A DNA stretch of 64,000 nt from an uncultured Candidatus Saccharibacteria bacterium (GCA_963716565.1 OY970318.1:580284-644283); one strand, 5' to 3'; shown: positions 24,344 to 34,201, numbered from the stretch's first letter. Notes: generated by a model not told the origin, from the letters alone. Made by a program: numbers and translations.

Positions 24344-26377
24344 ATGTTTGGCCTAGGCAAAAAACAACAACTAACCCCCGAGCAATATGCCCAACAACAG
24401 CGCCTAAATGAAGAGCTCGAGGTCCAGGCTGCTTTTGCAAAAGGCGAAACTGCCCTAAGGGATTTTATTGCTCCGAGTTCAATCGAGTTCCAAAGCACTC
24501 ATTTCCAAATCGGCACTAGACTTGCCCGCACCTACTATGTATACGGCTACCCCAGGCAGCTCTATACTGGTTGGCTCAGCAGCTTAACCAACATAGACGA
24601 AGTTATTGATTTATCAATTTACGTTTACCCTGTCGAAAGCCGGGTTGTATTAGAAAATCTGCGAAAAAAAGTTGGCCAATTAGAAGCCGGCGTTGCAATC
24701 GATAACGAAAAGGGTCGAGTGCGCGACCCAGGTAAAGAGGCCGCCATTCAAGACGCCGAGGATATGCGCGACAAGCTGCAAGTTGGCGAAGAGCGCTTTT
24801 TTAGGCTTGGCCTGTACTTCACTATTTATGGCGGCGACAAAGAAGAATTAGAATTTGTCAGCCATAAAATCGAGTCCTTGCTAGCCCAGCAATTAGTTTA
24901 TTCTAAGCCGGCCAGCTCACAGCAAGAACATGGCTTAAATAGCGTCATTCCGCAATTCATGGATCAACTACAGATAAGACGTAACATGAGCACCGGTGCT
25001 ATTAGCACTACATTCCCATTTACCAGTGCCGATTTATCTGACGACCACGGCGTATTGTACGGGATTAACATGCACAACTCTGGATTGGTAATATTTGACC
25101 GCTTTAGCCTAGAAAACAGCAACAGCGTGGTCTTTGCTAAGGCCGGTGCCGGCAAGAGCTTTGCCGTTAAGCTTGAGGCTCTGCGCTATCTAATGCTGGG
25201 CACCGAAATTTTTATTATCGACCCCGAAAACGAATACGAAAAGATGAGCGATAGTGTAGGTGGGGCCTACATAAAACTATCGCTGAACTCTCCTACTCGC
25301 ATTAATCCGTTTGAATTGCCCAAGGTCGTTGACGCCGAAGAAGCCGATAACGCATTGCGCGGCAACCTAATTACTTTGCACGGCTTACTGCGCCTAATGA
25401 TGGGCGGAGCCCAGCTACAAATGGTTGGCGGCCAAACCGTACCAGCCTTGAACCCAGTAGAAGAGGCCGACCTAGATACTGCCCTAATCGAAACTTACGC
25501 CAAAGCCGGCATTACTAACGACCCGCTCACTCATCGTTCAACCCCACCAACAATATCCGATTTATACGATACTTTATTGCACATGGGCGGGACTGGTCCG
25601 CAATTAGCCCAACGCTTGCGCAAGTATACCAGCGGCACCTTTGCTGGCATTTTTAGCCAACAAAGCAATGTCGATATTAATAACCCAATGGTGGTATTTA
25701 ACATCCGAGACTTAGAAGACGAACTGCGACCAGTTGCCATGTATATTGTGCTTAATTACATATGGAACAAGACCAAGGCCGATCAACGTCGTCGCCTGTT
25801 GATAATAGACGAAGCCTGGCAGCTAATGAAATACGAAGATAGCGCTAACTTTATGTTTAGCTTAGCTAAGCGTTGTAGAAAATATAATTTGGGCTTAACC
25901 ACCATTTCGCAAGATGTAGAAGATTTTATAAGTTCTAGAATGGGACGAGCAATCGTGGCCAACTCATCCATGCAGTTGCTTTTAAAACAAAGCCCCAGCG
26001 CCGTTGATTTATTAGCCGATGTCTTTAAGCTCACCAGTGAAGAAAGTAAAAGACTAAGCCAGTTCCCAGTTGGTCAAGGGCTGTTCTTTGCCGGGCAAAA
26101 CCATGTACATGTTCAGATATTACCCAGCCCTACCGAAACCAGCATTATTTCTACCACTCCCGGGGAAGTACAACAAGAAGTAGGGCCGGCAGAGATACCA
26201 TTAGATAGTTCCTTTGAAGCAGCCCCCCCGAATGACAGTGAGGCAGCTGCAGCGCCAGTAGCTCCGGTCGTCCAGCCCAAAGAACAGCCAGCCACACCGC
26301 CCATAGCGCCCACAACAACTCCACCTAATCAAGCTAGCAGTCAAACAATATCCATTAACCACGACACCAAAGCCTAA
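24344..26377 (+). CDS. virB4: VirB4-family T4SS ATPase
   Basis: Walker A FAKAGAGKSF, Walker B RRLLIIDEAWQL and the N-terminal IAPSSIEFQSTHFQIGTRLARTYYVYGYP motif. The C-terminus is a Pro/Ala-rich tail. Confidence 0.85.
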   Translation: MFGLGKKQQLTPEQYAQQQRLNEELEVQAAFAKGETALRDFIAPSSIEFQSTHFQIGTRLARTYYVYGYPRQLYTGWLSSLTNIDEVIDLSIYVYPVESRVVLENLRKKVGQLEAGVAIDNEKGRVRDPGKEAAIQDAEDMRDKLQVGEERFFRLGLYFTIYGGDKEELEFVSHKIESLLAQQLVYSKPASSQQEHGLNSVIPQFMDQLQIRRNMSTGAISTTFPFTSADLSDDHGVLYGINMHNSGLVIFDRFSLENSNSVVFAKAGAGKSFAVKLEALRYLMLGTEIFIIDPENEYEKMSDSVGGAYIKLSLNSPTRINPFELPKVVDAEEADNALRGNLITLHGLLRLMMGGAQLQMVGGQTVPALNPVEEADLDTALIETYAKAGITNDPLTHRSTPPTISDLYDTLLHMGGTGPQLAQRLRKYTSGTFAGIFSQQSNVDINNPMVVFNIRDLEDELRPVAMYIVLNYIWNKTKADQRRRLLIIDEAWQLMKYEDSANFMFSLAKRCRKYNLGLTTISQDVEDFISSRMGRAIVANSSMQLLLKQSPSAVDLLADVFKLTSEESKRLSQFPVGQGLFFAGQNHVHVQILPSPTETSIISTTPGEVQQEVGPAEIPLDSSFEAAPPNDSEAAAAPVAPVVQPKEQPATPPIAPTTTPPNQASSQTISINHDTKA

Positions 26378-26502
26378 TCTAGGAGTCGGTTAATTTGCTC
26401 AATCAACATTTTTGCCCACAATCACAGTAAGAGAACTCTGCCACCTGGGTAGGCTCACAGGCTATCCAAAAAACACCTTAACCCCTATAATATAAATTGC
26501 TT

Positions 26503-29500
26503 ATGCCTGTATACGATTCGGAGACCAATGAGCCCAAAAAGTCCGCTACTAAAAGCGATGACATAGCTCAGAAAGAAGAAGCTGCAAGCGGAGATCCTGC
26601 CTATACCCAAAACGCAGGCGCTGGTGCAGAAAAAGAGCGCGACTTTTTTAAAAACGAAGCAGCCAATAAGCACAATGCTTCGGTTGGTGGCTTTAAGGGT
26701 AAGCTAAGTGGGTTTAGCTCAAAAAAAATAATAGCTGGTGGTGTGGGTGCGGGTTTAATAACGGCATTGATAGCCGTAGGCAGTCTATTTGGCTTTTTAA
26801 ATGTTTTTAAGCTTGAACATATCATGCAAAGCATTGAACAGCGCGCCTTTTCGCGCTACCAGGTATCTATGGACGGACGCTCCGACAGATGGCTTAGATC
26901 TTATATGCGGGCACGAGTTGGAGAAATCGACACAGTAGACGGAAAAACCGTAGATGTGAATCAACGCAGGAGTATATTTTTTACAGCCGACAAGGTCGAC
27001 ACCAATCACCCTTTTACAGATTGGTATAGAACACTCCGTACTTCAAAATTTGAAGCCGACCTGCTCAGGGAATACGGAATAAGCTTTAGTGGCGTAGCTA
27101 CTCAAAATGGTGATCTAGTTCAGTTTAGATCTGCGCGAATAAATTTTAGCCCCAAAGATGGCATTGATATTGACATGGGAGATTTTAACCAACAATTTAA
27201 AGACAGGTTTGGTACTGATTTTACGATTGACACTCTAAATGACCCTAATGGCGACAAGATGAGGTTTTTGAGCGAAAGATTTGACGTCGAAATAGAGAAA
27301 TTCGATAGCAACAAGACGGCTCGCCGGGCAATAAAAAAGGCCGTTAACGAAAAGACCCACTCATGGCAGGTTGTAAAACGGCGACACATTCGTAAATGGA
27401 TTCAAAATAAGACCGGTGTTCGTAGCTGGCGCTTTTTTGACAAAACGCGCACCAGAATGGAAGAAAAGATTATTTCAATACGTAATCGAATAATTAGACA
27501 AATGTTCCCAGATAGTACTGTTTTGGGCAAGTTTATTCAGTGCGTCTTTGGAGTCACCGCTTGCCGACCCGCCGCCGACCCGGGCAATCCAGACACCAAT
27601 GCCGATACCTCCAGCAACAGCAGCAACCGAAGAATGAGCGACAGACAAGAAGAATACCCAGACCCAAACGATCCAAACAAAACATTAACGTCAGGCGCCG
27701 ACGACGCCCTGGATAGGGTTGCAAAAGAAGGCACCGAGATTTTAGGTGAAAATCTAGCCGAAGATGGCACTCAACCTGCTGTACAAAAAGTACTATTAAT
27801 GGGAGCGAAGACAGAGGCGGCAAAGGCCGTCTTGGACGTTGCGAAGAAACTCATACCATTCGCAAATATAATTGACATGGCCGAAACGCTTAATGTAATA
27901 AACAAAATGTTTAAGGCCCACACTATTACAAAGTTAGTTGCTACCGCCAGGGGCGTTCAAGCCTTGGCGCTCTATACAACTTATCAGACGGCAGCTGATG
28001 AGTTAAAAGCCGACTCCACCGGGACGACGAACGAAGAAGTATCCGCGCTTATGACTACAATCGATTCCGTAAGTAAAAGTGAGGGCTGGGTCGGCGCTAT
28101 TGATTCCCCAGATTCAAGTGCCGAGGCCGAGGGAACTGTAGCATTCGCTAAGGATCGTAATGAATACTGCAGCGATACACACCAGGCCGCCATAGCAGCC
28201 AATCCTATCGCCTACGATGATGAATTCGCTTATGTGTGCGATGATAAAAAGATTGGCGGTTCAAGTTTGGGGGCGTCTATAGAATCCTGGTGGAATAACA
28301 GCGTTGGGCTTGCTATCAGTGGTTTATTGACTTTTTGGAACTCGCAGGGCAATGTTGGAAGGTGGCTCTGGAGGGGGCTCAACTGGCTACTTGGTGAAGC
28401 TGTCGGGATTATAATCGATGGATTCAAACTACTAGTACCTGGTTCTGTTGAAAAATGGGTTGGGGACACTATAGATTCCATGTTTGGTTGGGTAATAACC
28501 AAAATCCTCTTGTATATAGGCGCCGGGCCAATGCTGAACGGCGACGAGCCAAGCGGTGTTTTTGCCAACACTATAATACAAGGGGCAACCTACGCCGCCG
28601 AATCTTCATCCCGTAATAGCGGTGCCTCTTTGACTAATGACGAATCAGAAAGCCTAGCTATTGCAATGGCAGATCAATACTACGAAGATTATTACACTGA
28701 TCAAAGTCTTTTTGGCAGATATTTCGCCCTAGACAACCCAGACTCGGCTATGTCAAAAAGCCTATTCGCTTCTATAGAAAACAACACCGTAAACAACGTT
28801 GCCGGCTTATTCAGTCGGCTAGTCAAGACTGTTGGCAAGTTGCCTATGAGTTTCTTTTCTAAACCAGCAACCGCTGGCTCAGAGAGTGCCTACGCGGCAG
28901 CCAACTTTGCCGGCATTGACACCTTCGACTTCCCCCAACAGTGCTACGACCTAGACCCCCTAACTATGACCCCTCAACAAGCCACTAATGTTAATAACAT
29001 CCTTTCTCAGTTTGATGTGGAACAGTTCAGCGCAGACGAACTAACATGGGACATCTTAAATGATAGCGAGGCTTTTTATAATAAAATGTATTCCAAAATA
29101 AGAGACAGATACGGCGATGACTTTAATACCGATGCCTTTATGGACGTTATAGAGCTAAAGGGCTTCGACCCAAGAAACTATGGCGTCTTTGATGGATTAA
29201 GAACCGGGGAAATCGAGGACTTTGTTGGCCTTGGCGATGTAGAGATCATTGCCAAGCAAGTTTATAACTGTGCCGCCCTAGATACAACCGTCCGCGGTGG
29301 GCTTGGCTATGTTTATGGCTACGATAGCGACAATGGCCTGTCGGCGAACGATCAAAGCACCCCCTCAACAGGGAGTTGCGAAGGATTAACATTAGTTGGC
29401 CCAGAAAGCGGGCACGGAGGCAGCCAAGTAGAAGGCCACGACCAATATCAATTGCCAGCCGATAATCCCGGTTATTACATTTACCCCAACAACGCCGCCC

Positions 29501-29931
29501 AACGCGAGTCACAATGGGGTCGCAAAGAACTAATTCAAACAATCTGGCAAGTCGGCTTAAAGTGGGCCGAGTTGCACCCCGGTATTAAGTTTGGTGTTGG
29601 AGATTTAGACCAAAGCGATGGCCATGTGTCGCATGTAAAAGGCATTAATGTAGACATATCTGGCTGCCCGATGATGAGCACCTGTTCTGACTACAACCAA
29701 GATTATGCTATAGAGCTTGCAAAATTATTCTTCGATACAAGCACGCTGGGCAGTATTCTGTATAATGACGTGGCTGTTCAGAACGCCGTTAATACCTATG
29801 TAGATCAAAACGACTTGAATAAAAATGCTTTGAGTAACGGTTATGCCGGCGACATGCATTATTATGATAACCACGACAACCACTTTCATGTCACGGTTGT
29901 ACCTGGCATTACGCCCAAGGGGTGTGAATAA
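26503..29931 (+). CDS. giant membrane protein (1142 aa) with C-terminal LAS-type (peptidase M15-like) zinc metallopeptidase domain
   Basis: N-terminal TM helix IIAGGVGAGLITALIAVGSLFGFL and mid-protein TM helices. The C-terminal motifs are SHVKGINVD (HxxGxxxD) and HDNHFHV (HxH). ATG 26503 is preferred over TTG 26497. Confidence 0.6.
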   Translation: MPVYDSETNEPKKSATKSDDIAQKEEAASGDPAYTQNAGAGAEKERDFFKNEAANKHNASVGGFKGKLSGFSSKKIIAGGVGAGLITALIAVGSLFGFLNVFKLEHIMQSIEQRAFSRYQVSMDGRSDRWLRSYMRARVGEIDTVDGKTVDVNQRRSIFFTADKVDTNHPFTDWYRTLRTSKFEADLLREYGISFSGVATQNGDLVQFRSARINFSPKDGIDIDMGDFNQQFKDRFGTDFTIDTLNDPNGDKMRFLSERFDVEIEKFDSNKTARRAIKKAVNEKTHSWQVVKRRHIRKWIQNKTGVRSWRFFDKTRTRMEEKIISIRNRIIRQMFPDSTVLGKFIQCVFGVTACRPAADPGNPDTNADTSSNSSNRRMSDRQEEYPDPNDPNKTLTSGADDALDRVAKEGTEILGENLAEDGTQPAVQKVLLMGAKTEAAKAVLDVAKKLIPFANIIDMAETLNVINKMFKAHTITKLVATARGVQALALYTTYQTAADELKADSTGTTNEEVSALMTTIDSVSKSEGWVGAIDSPDSSAEAEGTVAFAKDRNEYCSDTHQAAIAANPIAYDDEFAYVCDDKKIGGSSLGASIESWWNNSVGLAISGLLTFWNSQGNVGRWLWRGLNWLLGEAVGIIIDGFKLLVPGSVEKWVGDTIDSMFGWVITKILLYIGAGPMLNGDEPSGVFANTIIQGATYAAESSSRNSGASLTNDESESLAIAMADQYYEDYYTDQSLFGRYFALDNPDSAMSKSLFASIENNTVNNVAGLFSRLVKTVGKLPMSFFSKPATAGSESAYAAANFAGIDTFDFPQQCYDLDPLTMTPQQATNVNNILSQFDVEQFSADELTWDILNDSEAFYNKMYSKIRDRYGDDFNTDAFMDVIELKGFDPRNYGVFDGLRTGEIEDFVGLGDVEIIAKQVYNCAALDTTVRGGLGYVYGYDSDNGLSANDQSTPSTGSCEGLTLVGPESGHGGSQVEGHDQYQLPADNPGYYIYPNNAAQRESQWGRKELIQTIWQVGLKWAELHPGIKFGVGDLDQSDGHVSHVKGINVDISGCPMMSTCSDYNQDYAIELAKLFFDTSTLGSILYNDVAVQNAVNTYVDQNDLNKNALSNGYAGDMHYYDNHDNHFHVTVVPGITPKGCE

Positions 29932-31331
29932 TGCTAATCCATCAACAACCAACGCCAACCTTAAAATTCTTTAGCTTAATAATAAAAACCCGTGTGCTAG
30001 CATTATTTGTCTTTGCGTTGCTTTGTTTATTATCATTCATGCTCCTGATGAAAAACGAGGCTTATGGGGCAGAAGATAGTCGGGCAACCGATTTGAAATC
30101 AATTTTTGAGGATTCAACTTTTTTTGAGCCAGATGCCTGCGTTCCAAGCACACCCAACGCAGCAACTGGCGCTGACACGGCTGTCAGCCCGAATGCCGCT
30201 ACCATCTGGAATTACTTGATAGATAAAGGACTGTACCCTATACAAGCAGCTGGGATTTTAGGCAACATTCAAAGGGAGTCCAACTTTAGCCCAGAAGCAC
30301 TTAATCCCAGCAGCGGATCATATGGCATAGTGCAGTGGCTCGGCGGTAGAAAAACTAAATTGCAAGCCTTAGCTAATTATCAAACGCTCGAGGTACAAAT
30401 GGATTATATGTGGTCAGAACTGCAGGGTGCCTATAAAAATAGCGTTTTTAACAAAATTACCGCCGCCGATACAATCGAAAAGACCACCTGGATAGTATTA
30501 ACAGCTTATGAAATACCCTGCATAGGCGACCCAAATATTGTAAATGGCTCCACGGGATGCAAGACAGAGTACGAAAAAAGACTCCAATTTGCCCAACAGC
30601 TCCTAGCCCAGCTTGACGATGGCACGGCTGCCGATAGCTGCTCGCAATCCATCGATGATCCCGTCTTTGTTAAGCTATACGAAAACGCCAGCGCAGAAAA
30701 CATGGAGGCAATAGATGCAATGGATCATGGCCCCATCGAACCAGATATTTTTGTAATTCATTTTACCGTAGGCAACACAGAAGGCATGGGTTTGGCTAAA
30801 TACTTTCATAGGAGCGGCCGAGGATTAGGTGTCCAATTCTCGGTGGGTAAAGATGGCACAACCTATCAATATTTCCCTATGGACAACATGCGTCGTACCG
30901 CTCACGCAAACAGCGTCAACAGCCACGCCCTGGGCGTTGAAATTAATGCTCGTGACGCCAACGAATTGCTAAATAACAAAGACCAGTTTAAAGCTATGGT
31001 TTCTTTGGCAAAATACGTGTGTGAATATTACAGCATGCCCTGCTCCGACCCCAAAGGCGACATTACAGGCTCGTCCGCAAGTGACGCTCAGGGATTGCTA
31101 GGGCACAGCGAAGCGCCGGGTAACACGCATAGCGATCCAGACACCATAAACGGCAACACCAGCTTATGTACGGGTAGATATATTGATAGGTCCGACGCCA
31201 GCACCCATGCCTATATGCTAAAACTAAGAAGAGCCTTGGGCTATACCTCATTCATCGAGGGTAGCGAAAAGTGCGCCAGCGGAGGACAATATGACGATCT
31301 GTTAAATAATTGGCTGGAGGAGTTTCGGTGA
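29931..31331 (+). CDS. bifunctional cell-wall hydrolase: lysozyme-like (phage-tail-lysozyme type) plus N-acetylmuramoyl-L-alanine amidase (amidase_2/PGRP) domains
   Basis: GILGNIQRESNFSPEALNPSSGSYGIVQWLGGRKTKL; then IFVIHFTVGN, AHANSVNSHALGVEI and LLGHSEAPGNTHSDP. TAATG overlap with the upstream gene; N-terminal TM anchor. Confidence 0.7.
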   Translation: MLIHQQPTPTLKFFSLIIKTRVLALFVFALLCLLSFMLLMKNEAYGAEDSRATDLKSIFEDSTFFEPDACVPSTPNAATGADTAVSPNAATIWNYLIDKGLYPIQAAGILGNIQRESNFSPEALNPSSGSYGIVQWLGGRKTKLQALANYQTLEVQMDYMWSELQGAYKNSVFNKITAADTIEKTTWIVLTAYEIPCIGDPNIVNGSTGCKTEYEKRLQFAQQLLAQLDDGTAADSCSQSIDDPVFVKLYENASAENMEAIDAMDHGPIEPDIFVIHFTVGNTEGMGLAKYFHRSGRGLGVQFSVGKDGTTYQYFPMDNMRRTAHANSVNSHALGVEINARDANELLNNKDQFKAMVSLAKYVCEYYSMPCSDPKGDITGSSASDAQGLLGHSEAPGNTHSDPDTINGNTSLCTGRYIDRSDASTHAYMLKLRRALGYTSFIEGSEKCASGGQYDDLLNNWLEEFR

Positions 31332-32002
31332 AATACTTAAATAAAAAACTAGTCATAGCATCCATCGTCGCACTACTCGTCTTATGCCTGGGCCTAATCG
31401 TAGGATGGCAATTTTATAAGCACGGAAAAGCCAAGCTTGTTATTAATATAGCCCCGCAAGACGCCCAAATATACTTGAACGATAAAAAGATTAAAAGCGG
31501 CACATCTTATATTAAGGCTGGAGATTATAACCTGTCTTTTGAGCGCAACGGATTCGATACATCTAGTGCCAGCGTGGTTGCTCGGGTAAATCAAACTACA
31601 ACCGTCTCTAGAACGCTAACCCCTAATAGCGAAGAGGGCAGGCTGTATGAATCCTTGCACATGCAAGAATTTTCTAAGGTTGCCGATATTATCGACAGCG
31701 AGCTCTTTCAATACAGCCCATATCTAAACGCCAATTGGACAGAACTAAACTATCCATTATTAACAATATTGCCAATAGATATGTCGCCATTATTTAGAAT
31801 TGAATATGGACAATCCCAAAAATACTCTGCTGACCCATACAAAAAAGCAGTCTACATATACTCGACTACGCCCGCCGATAAGCAGTCGGCGCTATTAAAT
31901 ATATATGTAAATGGTTTTGACCCATCAGATTATGAAATTGTTTTTGAAAATGACATCCCTAAGATAGAGAACCAATTTGAGGCACCAGAAGTTGGGGAAT
32001 AA
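31328..32002 (+). CDS. membrane-anchored beta-rich protein (PEGA-like segment)
   Basis: GTG 31328 is preceded by GGAGGAG (31316-31322) and overlaps the upstream TGA. It has a TM helix, then AKLVINIAPQDAQIYLNDKKIKSGTSYIKAGDYNLSFERNGF. Confidence 0.55.
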   Translation: MKYLNKKLVIASIVALLVLCLGLIVGWQFYKHGKAKLVINIAPQDAQIYLNDKKIKSGTSYIKAGDYNLSFERNGFDTSSASVVARVNQTTTVSRTLTPNSEEGRLYESLHMQEFSKVADIIDSELFQYSPYLNANWTELNYPLLTILPIDMSPLFRIEYGQSQKYSADPYKKAVYIYSTTPADKQSALLNIYVNGFDPSDYEIVFENDIPKIENQFEAPEVGE

Positions 32003-32033
32003 GACGAGATAACAGATAAACAAGGATGCAAAC

Positions 32034-32708
32034 ATGACAAGAATAATAAACAAACGAGGCCTCACAGTAATCACACTGGTAATTGTTATTATTGTTGCCG
32101 CACTGGTAGCATTATCATATTATTTGTCTTTTAAGAACGTTTTGCTATCTCCAACAGACGGCAACACAATAACCGTTCTGCAAAACAACCAAGAAATAGC
32201 ATCGACGTCTACGTCCAAAACAATGAAATTAAAAGCCGGACAATACTGTTTTAAGTTTTCAAAAAGCTCTGATTATCAAGAAATAACTGTGTGCAAAAAC
32301 ATTAATGAGAGCCAAGAGGTTGTATCTACCCTACTTAGTTACACCGCCAGTTATCTTAATGGGTTGTTGGCAGCCGAAGACCCCGGCATACAGTCCGCCC
32401 TATTAACCGTCGACAACATAAATGATTATCAGATTACAAATAAGCAGCTCTGCGTTAGGGGCGACTGGGCCGCTATTAGGCTCATGCCAAATGCCTGGTA
32501 CGACCCTAGCGTGCCGGCTGATTACTTGCCGCGACCGACTAACCCAAATAACACACTAGATATTGTTAAGGTAATCGCTCAAAAAGTTGATGGCCAATGG
32601 CAGATTGTGGCTGGGCCATCAGTTGTGTTCAGCATAGAAGACAACCCTAGCATCCCAGAAGAGGTTATTAGGGCAGTAAACCGCCTTGGCCTTGGCCTAG
32701 CCCAGTGA
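32034..32708 (+). CDS. membrane-anchored protein, unknown function (last gene of T4SS operon)
   Basis: N-terminal TM helix LTVITLVIVIIVAALVALSYY with a beta-rich ectodomain. Its 3' end overlaps the recF 3' end by 12 nt. Confidence 0.55.
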   Translation: MTRIINKRGLTVITLVIVIIVAALVALSYYLSFKNVLLSPTDGNTITVLQNNQEIASTSTSKTMKLKAGQYCFKFSKSSDYQEITVCKNINESQEVVSTLLSYTASYLNGLLAAEDPGIQSALLTVDNINDYQITNKQLCVRGDWAAIRLMPNAWYDPSVPADYLPRPTNPNNTLDIVKVIAQKVDGQWQIVAGPSVVFSIEDNPSIPEEVIRAVNRLGLGLAQ

Positions 32709-33764
32709 TATTCGGTTAATCGACTGCATAAACTCTTTTTGTACGACGTCGGCGTCGGTTGTGGTAATTATTGTCTGATAACTATTTAGGTGCTGAGTTA
32801 AGGTTTTACGACGCGAGCCATCAAGTTCACTAAACACATCGTCTAGCAACACCAAGGGCTTTTGGTCACGGGCCGCCTCAATTAGCCTAAGGGCGAGTAA
32901 TTTTAGGGCTATCACTAACGTACGAGTTTCGCCACGCGAAGCTACTGCGCCGGCTGGTTTTTTGTTTATTAAGACCTCAACGTCTTCGCGGTGCGGCCCA
33001 TAAGTAGTAAAGCCCCTAATTAAATCGATATCTATATTATTTTCTAGCTGGCGCAGCATGGTCGATTCGTAGGCGCTGGCCGATAAATCTGTGTCGTATT
33101 TTAGGCTAACGATTGTTTTGGCTTTAGCTATCTCACTATACGTAGAAGATAAACCGTTGTTTAGTCTATCGATTAAGCTAACCCGTGACGCCACGATCTT
33201 GCCAGCCAATTCACTCAAACGCACGTTCCAGGCAAATATCTGGGCGTTGGTGGTTTGCCGACCGGTTTTTAGTAAATGATTGCGCTGGGCCAAAACCCGG
33301 CGGTACTTCTGAGTAACAGACCCAAAGTCTGGCTGAGTTATCACCAAGATTTCATCTAAAAAATTACGCCTCGTTTCTGGCGAGCCGGTTAGTAGTCGCA
33401 TGTGCTCTGGTTCAAACAATATTACTGGCAGTTTTTCGTTAAAATTAAGCCGTTTTTTAGGCTTCTCATGAATCTCATAAACTTTTTCTACGACATCGCT
33501 AGTCTTAGTAAGCTTAACGACCCTAGTGCCATCTACCATATCGCCATCAATTCGAGCCCAGGCTTTATTGTTAGCAATAACGTCGCCAAAACCCGCCCTA
33601 TAAGATGAGTTGCCGCACAATATTAATATTGCCTCTAATAAATTAGTTTTACCGCTAGCATTTGGGCCAACCACAATGTTTACCGCTGGCGCCAGCTCAA
33701 CAGCAAAGTCTTTATAAGATCTAAAATTCTGCAACCGCAGCGCCGTAAAAGCGGACGATTTCAT
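32697..33764 (-). CDS. recF: DNA replication/repair protein RecF
   Basis: Walker A GPNASGKTNLLEAI, signature region and LVLLDDVFSELD Walker B; downstream of dnaN. Confidence 0.9.
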   Translation of the reverse strand: MKSSAFTALRLQNFRSYKDFAVELAPAVNIVVGPNASGKTNLLEAILILCGNSSYRAGFGDVIANNKAWARIDGDMVDGTRVVKLTKTSDVVEKVYEIHEKPKKRLNFNEKLPVILFEPEHMRLLTGSPETRRNFLDEILVITQPDFGSVTQKYRRVLAQRNHLLKTGRQTTNAQIFAWNVRLSELAGKIVASRVSLIDRLNNGLSSTYSEIAKAKTIVSLKYDTDLSASAYESTMLRQLENNIDIDLIRGFTTYGPHREDVEVLINKKPAGAVASRGETRTLVIALKLLALRLIEAARDQKPLVLLDDVFSELDGSRRKTLTQHLNSYQTIITTTDADVVQKEFMQSINRISLG

Positions 33765-33773
33765 AAATCGTCC

Positions 33774-33808
33774 TTAGATGTTAGACGATAGACGCTAGAC
33801 GATAGAAA
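33774..33808. repeat. TCTA-type heptad array in inverted orientation, 5 units (TTAGATG TTAGACG ATAGACG CTAGACG ATAGAAA)
   Basis: Strict 7-nt period. 33780-33794 is the exact reverse complement of 34222-34236. The array overlaps the recF SD. Confidence 0.8.
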
Positions 33809-33809
33809 G

Positions 33810-34181
33810 CTACAAATCATTACCGACCCGATGGGCTCTTAAAAGGCCGTTGAGCAACTTATGGGCCGTATCGGCCTGTTTTAATACCAAAAGATAGTTA
33901 TCTTCATTAATGTAGCTAAGGTCTTTGGCTATTAATAATTGGCTCTTTATTTCATAAAGAGAGCCCGAGGCCATTGTATAAAAATGTTCCTGATCGGCTT
34001 TTGAGGATCTGCCAAAACCCTCTGCAATATTAGACACAACAGAAATCGATGCCCGTCTTAATTGAGAGGTCAAAGAATAAACTTCTGCTGCAGGAAAGTT
34101 GGCAGAACTTTTATATATTTCGAGTGCCAGCCTATGAGACTCTTGCCAGACCTTCAAATCTTTAAAATCCACAATCATCAC
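33810..34181 (-). CDS. four-helix-bundle protein (23S rRNA intervening-sequence protein family)
   Basis: Family signature LKVWQESHRLALEIYK ... LTSQLRRASISVVSNIAEGFGR. Confidence 0.85.
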   Translation of the reverse strand: MMIVDFKDLKVWQESHRLALEIYKSSANFPAAEVYSLTSQLRRASISVVSNIAEGFGRSSKADQEHFYTMASGSLYEIKSQLLIAKDLSYINEDNYLLVLKQADTAHKLLNGLLRAHRVGNDL

Positions 34182-34201
34182 AATAATTTTAACATTTAAA
34201 A

